From Flectobacillus sp. (GTDB taxonomy: Bacteria; Bacteroidota; Bacteroidia; Cytophagales; Spirosomataceae): a stretch of DNA of 64,000 nucleotides. Location: assembly GCF_049240685.1 (NCBI RefSeq), contig NZ_JBMLSD010000409.1, positions 32 through 64,031 on the forward strand, written 5' to 3'. A program made the translations under genes and the position numbers. Of the stretch, positions 1 through 8,976 are shown piece after piece (the first letter of the stretch is position 1; the number at the start of each line of letters is the position of its first letter). The notes beneath the pieces are model-generated. The model was not told the DNA's origin. It was given only the letters and a program-made list of their open reading frames with translations, and ran no database searches.

Positions 1-36
1 CCGAAATTTGGGTGATGCCCCATTATAGGATTTACT

Positions 37-738
37 TTGCTATTTAGTTTATACCATATAGCAGAATTTATGATTGTCAAGAAAAATAGCCCTTTAGGCT
101 TCTTGTCTATTCAATTATTATTTTTTGTAACTGCATGGTTAATCGCAAAGCTGCAATTTGGTAATGGTTTCTCTGATTGGGGATTTATAAGGTCTACAAA
201 AATTTTCAAACAAATGGGCTTTGGATTGCTAATCGGAATTATAATTTATGGAGTTACATTTACCATATCTATTCTTTCAGGTGCTGAGAGAATTATACTT
301 GTACCAACAATTAAAGAAGCAATAATCCCTTTTTCATTATTTGTCTTTGGTAACTTCTTTTCATCTTTTTCAGAAGATATTCTTACAAGAGGGTATGTTT
401 TTGCACATACTAAAAAAAAAATAGGAAATATTGCAATTATTCTCGTCTCATCATCAATCTATGTGTTGAACCATATCTACAGATTAGGTGATGGTATAGA
501 AACTTACAGCTACTTGTTTCTTCTTGGAGTTATTTTTATAATTCCACTTGTAAAAACAAAACAAATCTGGACAACTGGTTCAATACATTGGGCAGGTAAT
601 TGTACCTTTTACTTTACTCACGAAATAATTAAAACTCAATCTCAAAACAGTTTTTTATCACCCAATATTATACTGTCAATTGTAATCATCTGTTTTATAA
701 TTTTTTTCCCTCACGATTTCCAAAAGATTCTGGAATAG
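37..738 (+). CDS. CPBP-family intramembrane protease (CAAX/Abi-like), polytopic membrane protein
   Basis: Hydrophobic throughout. CPBP motifs are visible: SEDILTRG (EExxxR-type), LNHIY (xxxH), HWAGN (HxxxN). Start is uncertain (TTG at 37, first ATG at 70). The stop codon abuts the IS256 end. Confidence 0.6.
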   Translation: MLFSLYHIAEFMIVKKNSPLGFLSIQLLFFVTAWLIAKLQFGNGFSDWGFIRSTKIFKQMGFGLLIGIIIYGVTFTISILSGAERIILVPTIKEAIIPFSLFVFGNFFSSFSEDILTRGYVFAHTKKKIGNIAIILVSSSIYVLNHIYRLGDGIETYSYLFLLGVIFIIPLVKTKQIWTTGSIHWAGNCTFYFTHEIIKTQSQNSFLSPNIILSIVIICFIIFFPHDFQKILE

Positions 739-776
739 TTCACTAAACTGTGTCTAGGTTAAAAAATATGTAAGAC

Positions 777-817
777 AGGGACTGGCTAGGAGGCCGAAGG
801 CCTCCTAGCCAGTCCCT
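777..817. terminator. Perfect 19-bp GC-rich hairpin inside the IS, downstream of the transposase
   Basis: AGGGACTGGCTAGGAGGCC gaa GGCCTCCTAGCCAGTCCCT: 19-bp perfect stem with a 3-nt loop. Confidence 0.5.
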
Positions 818-823
818 ATGGAA

Positions 824-2062
824 TTAACATTTTTGCGGTACTCTCTGTGGGTAAAGTTCCATGATTTCCCGTTGGATGGAGGTCCATCCATTCGCCTTTC
901 TCTTCCATGATTTCTCGTTCCTGGTGATGGATAAATAGAGCTGTTTTAACAAAGCCGTTTCTGATACTCAAGCCGCCTTACTTTTGACCAACTTACGCAT
1001 AATGCGATGAAGTGCTTCCACCGGATTGGTCGTATAAATCATTTTTCGCATCGGTAATGGAAAGTCCAAAAAGGCCATCAATTCTCCCCAGTTTTCCCTC
1101 CATTGCTTGAGGATATATTTGTATTTCTTACCCCATTTGGCCTCAAAAGCGGCAAGTGCAGTTCTTGCACTTTCTTCCGTGCTGGATGTATATACCTGAC
1201 GTAAATCCTTACTGATTGCCTTTTTGTCCACTTCATCCACGTATTTTAGCGAATTCCGCATCTGGTGGACAATACATTTTTGGACAATAGATTGAGGAAA
1301 AACCTCCTGAATCTGTTCACTGAACCCCTGTAAATCGTCCGTACACACCACTAAAATGTCTAGCACACCTCTGGACTTAAGGTCTTCCATCACTAAGCCC
1401 CACTTCTTAGCTCCTTCGCCACCCGAGTTGATATACAACCCCAATACATCCCGATTCCCTTCCCAATCTACCGAATAAACCGTGTAGAAGGCGCTCTGGG
1501 TATATTTGCCGTCCTGACGCACTTTGAAGTGAATGGCATCCAAATATACAATCGGATAGAAACTTTGTAGGATTCTTGTACGCCATTCTTGGATCTGAGG
1601 AAGTATCTTATCGGTAATCTGTGAAATACGCCCCGCAGAGATACCAACCCCATAAATATCTTCCACCAAACGTCTGACGTCTTCCACCGAGTTCCCTTGA
1701 GCATAGAGCGCCAAAATCTGTTCATCCAAGCCACTACTCAATTCTCGTTCTCGTTTGCCGATTAGTTCTGGCTCAAAGTCGCCGTTACGGTCTCGAGGTG
1801 TCGAAATATCTAAAGAACCCATTTCGCTCAAAACTCGTTTGGGTGTCTTCCCATTCCGTTTATTAATACTACCTGTGGATCGTTCTTCAGCAAGAAAACT
1901 GTCGATCTCTCCCTCAAGCATCGTGTTGACCATCTCTTGTAAAATCTCACTAAAGGGACTCTCTTTACCCAGAATACCCTTCTTACTGTAAAGATGCTCT
2001 TTCAAGCGAGCTGTCATCGTGGGATCTGTCAGAAGACCCTCAACTGTCTGTTTTTTCTTCAT
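824..2062 (-). pseudogene. IS256-family (Mutator-like) transposase interrupted by an in-frame TGA
   Basis: The 364-aa ORF (968-2062) carries IS256 signatures (YLDAIHFKVR, VVCTDDLQGF, CIVHQMRN, TTNPVEALHR). After the TGA at 968-970 the same frame continues for 47 codons (VSETALLKQLYLSITRNEKSWKRKANGW...) to a TAA at 824-826. That stretch is the normal conserved C-terminus of this family. Confidence 0.75.
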
Positions 2063-2280
2063 TGGTAGCTAAGTTAGCAGACACACTTAATTGAACAATC
2101 TCTTTTTGTATAAGTATTTTTATGTGTCATAATATACCGTTTACTATCAATATCATTGCTAATTAAAAACCATATCCTTTTCTTGCTTGATATGCTTTAC
2201 CTATTTTTTAATAAACTTAAAAAAGTCATTATATATTTTGCTATTGCTTATAAAATTACCACATCACAAAACTAATTAAT

Positions 2281-2919
2281 ATGATAATATCTGTAACAAG
2301 CTTGAAGGGCGGTGTAGGTAAGTCTACTATTTCTCAGAATTTGGCGGTATGCTTTGCTCATGGTGGATATAAGGTCTGCATTGCCGATGCTGATGCAAAC
2401 CAGAGTGCATTACGCTGGTCTAGTTTACGAGGTGAAGATTTACCATTGATTCCAACTTTTGGGACACCTGAAAAAACATTGGCTGCTAATATCAAACAGC
2501 TAGCTAGAGATTATGAGATTGTAATCATCGATGGCACACCATCGTTGGATAAAATCACCAGTAAGATTATTCTTTTGGCGGATTTGCTGTTAGTACCAAT
2601 CTTACCTAGTGGTTTGGACATCTGGGCGACTGAACAATTTATGCAACGTTTTGAGGATGCAAAAGTCGAAAAGGAGGAAGATATTCCTGCTCGCTTTATT
2701 CTAAATCGATATAGACCTAATACCAATCTGAGTAAAGAGGTCAAAGAAATTCTTCAGGAAACAGGGATAGGTGTTGTAGACACAACTTTAAAAGATAGAA
2801 CTGCTTATGCTGAGGCCGTAATTAAAGGTCTTGGAGTACTAGAATATAAAGATGAAAAAGCTAAACAGGAATTGATTTCACTTTACACAGAGGTATTGTC
2901 ATTACTACCAATTAAGTAA
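2281..2919 (+). CDS. parA: ParA/Soj-family partition ATPase (small, type Ib-like)
   Basis: Deviant Walker A near the N-terminus, SLKGGVGKST. 212 aa. A small RHH gene follows, and the pair lies next to iterons and a rep gene. Confidence 0.85.
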   Translation: MIISVTSLKGGVGKSTISQNLAVCFAHGGYKVCIADADANQSALRWSSLRGEDLPLIPTFGTPEKTLAANIKQLARDYEIVIIDGTPSLDKITSKIILLADLLLVPILPSGLDIWATEQFMQRFEDAKVEKEEDIPARFILNRYRPNTNLSKEVKEILQETGIGVVDTTLKDRTAYAEAVIKGLGVLEYKDEKAKQELISLYTEVLSLLPIK

Positions 2920-2965
2920 ATAAGTATTTAAACTTTTGAGTATATACTTATTTACTTAATTGGTA
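2906..2965. terminator. 22-bp perfect palindrome overlapping the parA stop codon (terminator or centromere-like site)
   Basis: TACCAATTAAGTAAATAAGTAT (2906-2927) pairs with ATACTTATTTACTTAATTGGTA (2944-2965), followed by GCCTTTTT. Confidence 0.55.
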
Positions 2966-3045
2966 GCCTTTTTGATACATAAGTAAAATATTAGCATTGA
3001 TAATCAGAGTTTTACAAAATAGTAAATACTTAAATAAAAAAGAAT

Positions 3046-3324
3046 ATGGCTAAAGATAATAAATCAAATATTGGATTAAGAAATGTTTCAAACTTACTGC
3101 CTAAAAAGGTGGAATTGAAAACTACAGAAATAGATGTAAAAACTACAGATAAAGTGGTGCAAAAAATACATAGCACTCAAGGGAAACAGACTCGGCTCAG
3201 TGTTGATGTACCAGAAGAACTTTATCAGCCAATTAAGATTAGACAACTGACAAAGGGATATAAAACTACTAGAGAATATATCCTTGATTTGATAAATAAA
3301 GATCTTGAAGAGGGTAATAAATAG
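3046..3324 (+). CDS. Small ribbon-helix-helix protein, ParG-like centromere-binding candidate
   Basis: 92 aa. The C-terminal RLSVDVPEELYQPIKIRQLTKGYKTTREYILDLINKDL resembles a CopG/Arc/ParG RHH fold. It sits directly after parA. Confidence 0.5.
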   Translation: MAKDNKSNIGLRNVSNLLPKKVELKTTEIDVKTTDKVVQKIHSTQGKQTRLSVDVPEELYQPIKIRQLTKGYKTTREYILDLINKDLEEGNK

Positions 3325-3657
3325 AAATACATTAGAGAGCACCTATGGATATTAGAATTATAGGTGTTTTTTTGATTTTAAGAGACGTTTACCACACTAT
3401 CTATATAAGTAATCATTTGAACCAAAAATAACGCCTTAAAATCGAAATATTAAAACTAAACATTTAGTTCACGGCCCTACTTGCTACAATTTAGTTTGAT
3501 TTTTGAAATTTTCCATTTTGACATTTTTATTCTTGGTCTACTTTTTTGAAAATTTTAACTTTAAAAAACAAATCATGATTTTATTTATTTTATCAATTAA
3601 ATATTTGATTGATTTAGGGGCCTCCTATTAAATTGATTTACAGGCAATTGCAAAGAG

Positions 3658-4006
3658 AATAATGACAAATTGAAAGGCAAATAATGACAAATTGAAAGGC
3701 AAGGGTGTGGCAAATAATGACAAATTGAAAGCCAAATAATGACAAATTGAAAGCCAAGGGTGTGGCAAATAATGACAAATTGAAAGCCAAAATTTGGCTA
3801 AAAATCGCAAGTTATCCACATAATTCTTGAGTTATCCACAATGAAGTACGGCAAATAATGACAAATTGAAAGACAAAATTTGAGTCAATCTTAACATATA
3901 TCAAGATGATTTTTAGAATAATGACAAATTGAAAGGCATAAATGCTTAGGCTGGAAAATAATAATTCAAAAAGAATAATGACAGGTATATTATTATGTCA
4001 TTATTC
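3658..4006. repeat. Iteron array of replicon 1 (7 direct copies plus a palindromic half-site pair)
   Basis: AATAATGACAAATTGAAAG(G/C)CA starts at 3658, 3680, 3713, 3735, 3768, 3854 and 3917. Two iteron pairs are each followed by GGGTGTGG, giving a 55-bp higher-order unit. The palindrome GAATAATGACA-N12-TGTCATTATTC (3973-4006) lies just upstream of rep. An AT-rich stretch at about 3490-3615 is a candidate unwinding element. Confidence 0.85.
3812..3840 (+). promoter_or_regulatory. Two consensus DnaA boxes (TTATCCACA) within origin 1
   Basis: TTATCCACA at 3812-3820 and 3832-3840, both perfect matches to the 9-mer consensus, embedded among the iterons. Confidence 0.7.
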
Positions 4007-4061
4007 TCCTTAACTTTGTGTAAATGAGAGATTAAAAATTAATATTTTACAACTATTGCTT

Positions 4062-5021
4062 ATGTCTACTGAACTATTTCAACTAAGAAAAAATAATTTT
4101 CAACCTAACAGCCTGACCTTATCGAGACAAGAATGGGGGTTGAATGAAAGAAAAATCCTATCGGTAGTTTTAAATCAATTGGATCATGTAGGCAAATATG
4201 AAGGTCAATCCACTCATACTTTCAAAATTCCCATAATAGATGTTGCCAAACATGTTCAATATAAATACATCAAAGAGTGTTTAGAAAACCTTCAGCAGAA
4301 GAAAGTTCAGTATCACTCTGAGGTAAAGAACCAATTGCTAAGTATCGTTTTGTTTCCAGACATAAGATATAATATCAATAACAATGGAATGCTTGAATTG
4401 CTTGTAACTCGCTCATCGTTGGACTTTTTGCTAAACTTGGGACAAGAATATACGAAGTATAATATTGACATTTTTCTTCAGTTTCAAAGTGTATACTCTC
4501 AAAGAATGTACGAAATTGTAATGATGGAGTTACGAAATAGCAACAGAAAAACGTTTGTTATTGAAGTAGCTGAATTACAAAAAATATTCAATACGAATTA
4601 TGCCTATGCTGATTTTAAAAAGCGTGTATTGGAAAAAGCAAGAGCCGATATTTATGAAAAGGCAGATATTGTCATAAATTATGAGCCGCATCAAAAGAAG
4701 GGTAAAAGCGTCATATCCTTGGCGTTTGCAATAACTACGGTGCGAGATGTAAAATACAATTCGGTAGAAGAAGAACTTGACGGATTTAGGAGCGCTAATC
4801 CTAATATGGTTAGACTAATTGCTCAAGGAATTCTTGAAACAGAATATACGTTTAACAAGGAGCAAATGAAAATGATTCTCTCAAATGACGACCTGTTGGA
4901 GAAGTTTGCTGAAGTTAATTCAAAAATAGATAATGGAATTATTCTGATTAAGAGCTCTAAGACTCAGTATATGGCAAAATCATTAGGATTTAATAAAACT
5001 TACAAATCGACAAATAAGTAG
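4062..5021 (+). CDS. rep: Plasmid replication initiator (RepB/Rep_3-like), replicon 1
   Basis: It sits immediately downstream of the iterons and DnaA boxes. The N-terminus (NSLTLSRQEWGLNERKILSVVLNQL) is typical of iteron-binding Rep initiators. ATG at 4062 is preferred over TTG at 4056. Confidence 0.7.
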   Translation: MSTELFQLRKNNFQPNSLTLSRQEWGLNERKILSVVLNQLDHVGKYEGQSTHTFKIPIIDVAKHVQYKYIKECLENLQQKKVQYHSEVKNQLLSIVLFPDIRYNINNNGMLELLVTRSSLDFLLNLGQEYTKYNIDIFLQFQSVYSQRMYEIVMMELRNSNRKTFVIEVAELQKIFNTNYAYADFKKRVLEKARADIYEKADIVINYEPHQKKGKSVISLAFAITTVRDVKYNSVEEELDGFRSANPNMVRLIAQGILETEYTFNKEQMKMILSNDDLLEKFAEVNSKIDNGIILIKSSKTQYMAKSLGFNKTYKSTNK

Positions 5022-5025
5022 TCAA

Positions 5026-5058
5026 AAAGAGGTAGCAGTATAGCTTTGTTACCTCTTT
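5026..5058 (+). terminator. Rho-independent terminator after rep
   Basis: AAAGAGGTA ... TACCTCTTT stem followed by a T-run (TTTTTTG). Confidence 0.6.
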
Positions 5059-5317
5059 TTTTGTTATCTGTAACAAAAAAGATAAATATTTGAAACTTCA
5101 AAAAATGCAAAATGCTGACTTTTAAACACTTAGTAAAAACTAGATTGTTATTTATAAATAATTTTATTCGTATATATACTAACGTTTTGAAATAAATAAA
5201 TCCTGTTATACATTTGCACAAATTAATACAATAAAATCTACAACGTATTAGTACCAAAACTGTCTTCAGATAAGTTTATTATAATCACTAAATAAGTAAA
5301 ATAGAATTTCATTCAAT

Positions 5318-6538
5318 ATGAAATGTACAAAAAGAGAGGTGTATATTTCCGACGTAGAAAAGGAAATACACAAATTTGAGCAGGAAGCTCCAAGCAAAAA
5401 TAGTTCAAACACCTTTGTCCGAGTCAAAAAAGCATTACTTGACTTTGATTTGAGACTAGACTCGATTAAGCTTGATTTAGAAATATCTCCTAAAGGGCTG
5501 AATAAGTTTGAAACTTTAAATGACTCTAATTTATATGTGAGTCTAAGGGAACAAGGAATTAAGATATCTAAATCTGATTTTCGAGAAATTCTAAAAAGTG
5601 ATTTTGTCCCTAAAGTCAATCCTATAGATAACTACTTCAAACAACTAAAGAGCTATAAACCAGAGGAACCTGACTACATTGATAAATTAGCAAACTTTGT
5701 ACAAGCGGAAAATCAAGGAGAATTCAACAAACAATTTAAAAAGCATTTAGTCAGAACTGTTAAATGTGCTTTAGACGATGACTACTTCAACAAACAAGCT
5801 TTCATTCTAGTACAAGCTGGACAAAATACAGGTAAAACTACCTTCTGTCGATTCTTAACTCCTCCTACATTAAAGGATTACTTTGCAGAAGATATTACCA
5901 CAGACAAAGATGGACTCATCTTATTAGCTAAGAACTTTATTATCAATCTTGATGAATTAAGTACCTTACACAAAGCTGAGATAAATGCTTTAAAGTCCTA
6001 TTTCTCAAAGACTTCCATTAATGTTAGACTACCGTATGAGGCTAAAAATAGCAATATAGTTCGACGCTGCTCTTTCATAGGATCAACAAACTTGGGACAA
6101 TTCCTATCTGATGAAACTGGTTCTGTTAGATGGTTATGCTTTCAAATAAATTCAATAAACTGGGAATATAAGTCAAGCATTAATATTGATGACGTTTGGA
6201 GACAGGCATTCTACTTATATCAAAGCCAATTCCCTTGTGATCTAAGTCAACGAGAAATACAAGAAAACGAGATTCGAAATTCTCAATTTCAAATGCTATC
6301 GGTTGAGGATGAGTTGATTCATAAATACTTAGATGTTCCTAATAGTACTAATGATCATCAAAAGGAGTTTCTACAAGCGTCTGAAATAACAACATATCTA
6401 AAAGTAAATTCAGGGATTTCTAAAATTAATCATGTCCAAATGGGAAAGGTTCTTTCAAAATACTACCAAAGAGACAAAAGAGTAAAAAATGGAATACAAG
6501 TATATGGCTATTGGGTAGTTAAAAGCTTAAACTTCTAG
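5318..6538 (+). CDS. VirE/VapE-family P-loop protein (primase-associated helicase-like)
   Basis: Walker A AGQNTGKTTF in the central domain. 406 aa. It is adjacent to a Toprim primase and a DUF4248-like gene, an arrangement common in Bacteroidota mobile elements. Confidence 0.65.
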   Translation: MKCTKREVYISDVEKEIHKFEQEAPSKNSSNTFVRVKKALLDFDLRLDSIKLDLEISPKGLNKFETLNDSNLYVSLREQGIKISKSDFREILKSDFVPKVNPIDNYFKQLKSYKPEEPDYIDKLANFVQAENQGEFNKQFKKHLVRTVKCALDDDYFNKQAFILVQAGQNTGKTTFCRFLTPPTLKDYFAEDITTDKDGLILLAKNFIINLDELSTLHKAEINALKSYFSKTSINVRLPYEAKNSNIVRRCSFIGSTNLGQFLSDETGSVRWLCFQINSINWEYKSSINIDDVWRQAFYLYQSQFPCDLSQREIQENEIRNSQFQMLSVEDELIHKYLDVPNSTNDHQKEFLQASEITTYLKVNSGISKINHVQMGKVLSKYYQRDKRVKNGIQVYGYWVVKSLNF

Positions 6539-6543
6539 AAATT

Positions 6544-6709
6544 AAGTTACCTACTTACCTATTTACAAGTAATATTCTCATAACCAGTAAATTAATATAT
6601 TTAGGTAACTTTACAAGATAGTCATAATCCGTTCTTACCTACCTACATATAAATCTCATAAAGTTCTAATTATTAATAAGATACAATACATTAGGTAAGT
6701 AGGTAACTT
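6544..6709. promoter_or_regulatory. 18-bp perfect inverted repeat pair plus extra TTACCTA/TAGGTAA motifs upstream of the primase gene
   Basis: AAGTTACCTACTTACCTA (6544-6561) is the exact reverse complement of 6692-6709. Related copies lie at 6601-6612 (TTAGGTAACTTT) and 6634-6647 (CTTACCTACCTACA). Confidence 0.5.
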
Positions 6710-6731
6710 TAAAACTACAACTTTTAAAACT

Positions 6732-7748
6732 ATGACTTTTAGATATTCATTAGATAAAACGACTCCGACTAGGTTGTACAAGTGTCCAAGCTGCGGAAAA
6801 CGAACATTAAAAAGATATTGGGACAACGAGAATGGTAATTACATGCCAGATGATGTTGGGAGGTGCAACAGAGAAGTAAATTGTGCATATCATCTAACTC
6901 CGAAGGCTTTTTTAGAGAAAATTGGTAGCAATTATGCACCAATAGCGATTGGAAGACACTCAAAAGAGTCAATATTGCTACCAACGTATATACAAAAAAG
7001 TTATTTGGATAGAACAATGAATAGAGATGAGCCCAATAATTTGATTAGGTATCTTAGGCGGCTCTTTAAAGAAGACTTAACTCTGTACTTAGTAAATCGC
7101 TTCAAACTGGGTACCTCTACCTACTGGAAAGGTAGTACAATGTTCTGGCAGATTGATGAACGGATGAATATACACGCAGGAAAAATCATGCTTTATGATT
7201 CCGATACAGGGAGAAGGTGTAAGCATCCGTTCAATCATATTCAATGGGCTCACTCAGTAGCCAAGTGGAAAGATTTTAGACTCAATCAGTGCTTTTTTGG
7301 ATTACATCAAATTAATACCCACGAAGCCAAAAGCATCTGTATTGTTGAATCCGAAAAAACAGCAGTGCTTATGACAGCATTAATTCCAAACGTGATTTGG
7401 TTAGCGTCTGGGGGAATGAATTTGTCAATTGAAAACTTTAGACCCCTAAAGCAATTTAAGTTAATTCTTTTCCCTGATGTAGGAGTGGAAGATAGAAACG
7501 GTAAAACACCTTACCAAAAATGGCAAGATAAAGCCTCTCTTCTTGAAATCTTGGGATACACAGTTTCAGTATCAAGTGTCTTAGAAAATAAAGCAACGAT
7601 TCAACAAAGGGAGAAGGGATATGATCTAGCAGATTATCTAATGAAAACAGATACAGAACTAGGACTTGCGCTAAATGACAATAACTATCCCGTGTCATGG
7701 GATTTTAATTCAAATACTTTTCCAAATCAACAATACCATAAACACTAA
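6732..7748 (+). CDS. Zinc-ribbon / Toprim-domain DNA primase-like protein
   Basis: N-terminal CPSCGKRT...CNREVNC zinc ribbon. Toprim-like acidic motifs VESEKTAV and LFPDVGVED. Confidence 0.65.
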   Translation: MTFRYSLDKTTPTRLYKCPSCGKRTLKRYWDNENGNYMPDDVGRCNREVNCAYHLTPKAFLEKIGSNYAPIAIGRHSKESILLPTYIQKSYLDRTMNRDEPNNLIRYLRRLFKEDLTLYLVNRFKLGTSTYWKGSTMFWQIDERMNIHAGKIMLYDSDTGRRCKHPFNHIQWAHSVAKWKDFRLNQCFFGLHQINTHEAKSICIVESEKTAVLMTALIPNVIWLASGGMNLSIENFRPLKQFKLILFPDVGVEDRNGKTPYQKWQDKASLLEILGYTVSVSSVLENKATIQQREKGYDLADYLMKTDTELGLALNDNNYPVSWDFNSNTFPNQQYHKH

Positions 7749-7933
7749 TGTACAAATACCGAACCACCACTCGCACAAAATTAGCACAAGAATACCAAGT
7801 ATGTCTCAAGACATTTAACAAGATGTTGATGCGTATTCCCAACTCCCAATTTCAACTTGATAAAACGAGAAGGGTGCTAACCCCTAAAGAGGTAGAAGCT
7901 ATTATTAACCACCTAGGTCCTTTAAGTGATTAA
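7748..7933 (+). CDS. Small DNA-binding protein, DUF4248-like
   Basis: 61 aa. The TRTKLAQEY...RRVLTPKEVEAIINHLGP pattern resembles the DUF4248 family that accompanies VirE/primase genes in Bacteroidota. Its ATG overlaps the primase stop. Confidence 0.45.
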   Translation: MYKYRTTTRTKLAQEYQVCLKTFNKMLMRIPNSQFQLDKTRRVLTPKEVEAIINHLGPLSD

Positions 7934-7956
7934 TTTGAAATAACCTCCTTTCAACA

Positions 7957-8058
7957 GATTAACCCATGTTAACATGAATTAACTGGAATTAACCCGAATT
8001 AATTGGGATTAACCTAGATTAACCTAGATTAACCTAAAAGTGTCTAACATGGGTTAAT
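7957..8058. repeat. 10-bp phased (G/A)ATTAAC(C/T) tandem array bracketed by a 14-bp inverted repeat
   Basis: Units at 7976, 7986, 7996, 8006, 8016 and 8026 (GAATTAACTG, GAATTAACCC, GAATTAATTG, GGATTAACCT, AGATTAACCT x2). They are flanked by ATTAACCCATGTTA (7958-) and TAACATGGGTTAAT (8045-8058). Confidence 0.8.
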
Positions 8059-8112
8059 TAAGTTTGAGAGGTAAACACATAAACAGGAGGGTGGCCTCCA
8101 ATAATTCACTAC

Positions 8113-8517
8113 ATGAATCACCTCAAAACGGGTAGAGCTCTACAACTGGAAGGACTAGAGTTCGCAACAAACAAAGTAACAATTGGATTTAAGTGCGACG
8201 CAGGTACAAAAATCCAACTCGCTCAAGAAGCTAATCTATACGGACTAACGCTAAGTGAATACGTTGATACGATTCTTGGGCAAAGACATCATCAAACAAA
8301 GCAGCAGAAAACAGAAATGACCTATTCAAAAGAAGAACTAGAGGTACTGATTAAAAAGATTGCCTTCTATGAAAATGATAGAATGCAGCAAGCCTACGAA
8401 ACTCATAAAGGAAACACACTAAACATTATGTGTGTAGATAATACTGAAAGACAATTTCAGGTTAACCACATAGAAGACATTTTTACCATCATCATGAACC
8501 TAGTAAAACTTTCATAA
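8113..8517 (+). CDS. Hypothetical protein, possible RHH/MobC-like DNA-binding N-terminus
   Basis: 134 aa. KVTIGFKCDAGTKIQLAQEANLYGLTLSEYVDTILG looks like a strand-helix-helix module. No other motif was seen. Confidence 0.3.
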   Translation: MNHLKTGRALQLEGLEFATNKVTIGFKCDAGTKIQLAQEANLYGLTLSEYVDTILGQRHHQTKQQKTEMTYSKEELEVLIKKIAFYENDRMQQAYETHKGNTLNIMCVDNTERQFQVNHIEDIFTIIMNLVKLS

Positions 8518-8521
8518 ACCT

Positions 8522-8746
8522 ATGTTTGAAGTAACATCACAACCATTTGGAACGAGTACAAGAGAAGAACTCACTCTATCAGGGCACAGTACGTTCTTAG
8601 AGTCAAGGTATAAATCCTCTAAATCATCATCAGGGATATTGAGTGTAATACTAATTTTTGGATTAGTCATTGTTGGATTGGCGGCTTTATTCTGGGATGA
8701 GTTGGAGGATAGAATATCTAACCTTCAAATCCCTGGTAAGACCTAA
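8522..8746 (+). CDS. Small hypothetical membrane protein
   Basis: 74 aa with one clear TM helix (ILSVILIFGLVIVGLAALFW). Confidence 0.3.
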   Translation: MFEVTSQPFGTSTREELTLSGHSTFLESRYKSSKSSSGILSVILIFGLVIVGLAALFWDELEDRISNLQIPGKT

Positions 8747-8976
8747 AATATATACACCTCATATACTTTCTTCTTGATTTTTACATTCCTTGGGATGAGT
8801 GGGCGTAGTAAAGAAACTTCTCATAGGTTTCCTATCATACTCTTCCCAATAAAGCTTAAAAGTATTGTGTAAGCTTCCCCAAAATAGTACGAATTGAAAT
8901 TAGAGAGAATCTTTAACCTTTAAATCGTATTATTTTGGAGAAACCTAACAAATGCTTTGGTAGATATTTAAGCGAT

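Larger units (their letters stand above)
739..2095 (-). mobile_element. IS256-family insertion sequence (about 1.36 kb)
   Basis: Imperfect terminal inverted repeats: TTCACTAAACTGTGTCT (739-755) versus the reverse complement of 2079-2095 (TTCAATTAAGTGTGTCT), 14/17 matches. They enclose an IS256-type transposase gene. No clear target duplication was seen, so the ends are approximate. Confidence 0.6.

Noticed and set aside
3628-3819. 63-aa minus-strand ORF with an internally repeated peptide
   Set aside because: It lies entirely within the replicon-1 iteron array. The repeated peptide is a by-product of translating the DNA repeats, and there is no independent coding signal.
3658-3939. CRISPR array hypothesis for the direct repeats (also for 37543-37666)
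   Set aside because: The repeats are 21-22 bp and mostly contiguous or irregularly spaced, without unique spacers of uniform length. They sit beside rep genes and DnaA boxes, and no cas genes are present. They are iterons.
5000-5619. Minus-strand ORFs 5000-5257 and 5266-5619
   Set aside because: One overlaps the rep terminator and the AT-rich intergenic region. The other is antisense to the virE 5' end. Their products are low-complexity, so they are unlikely to be genes.
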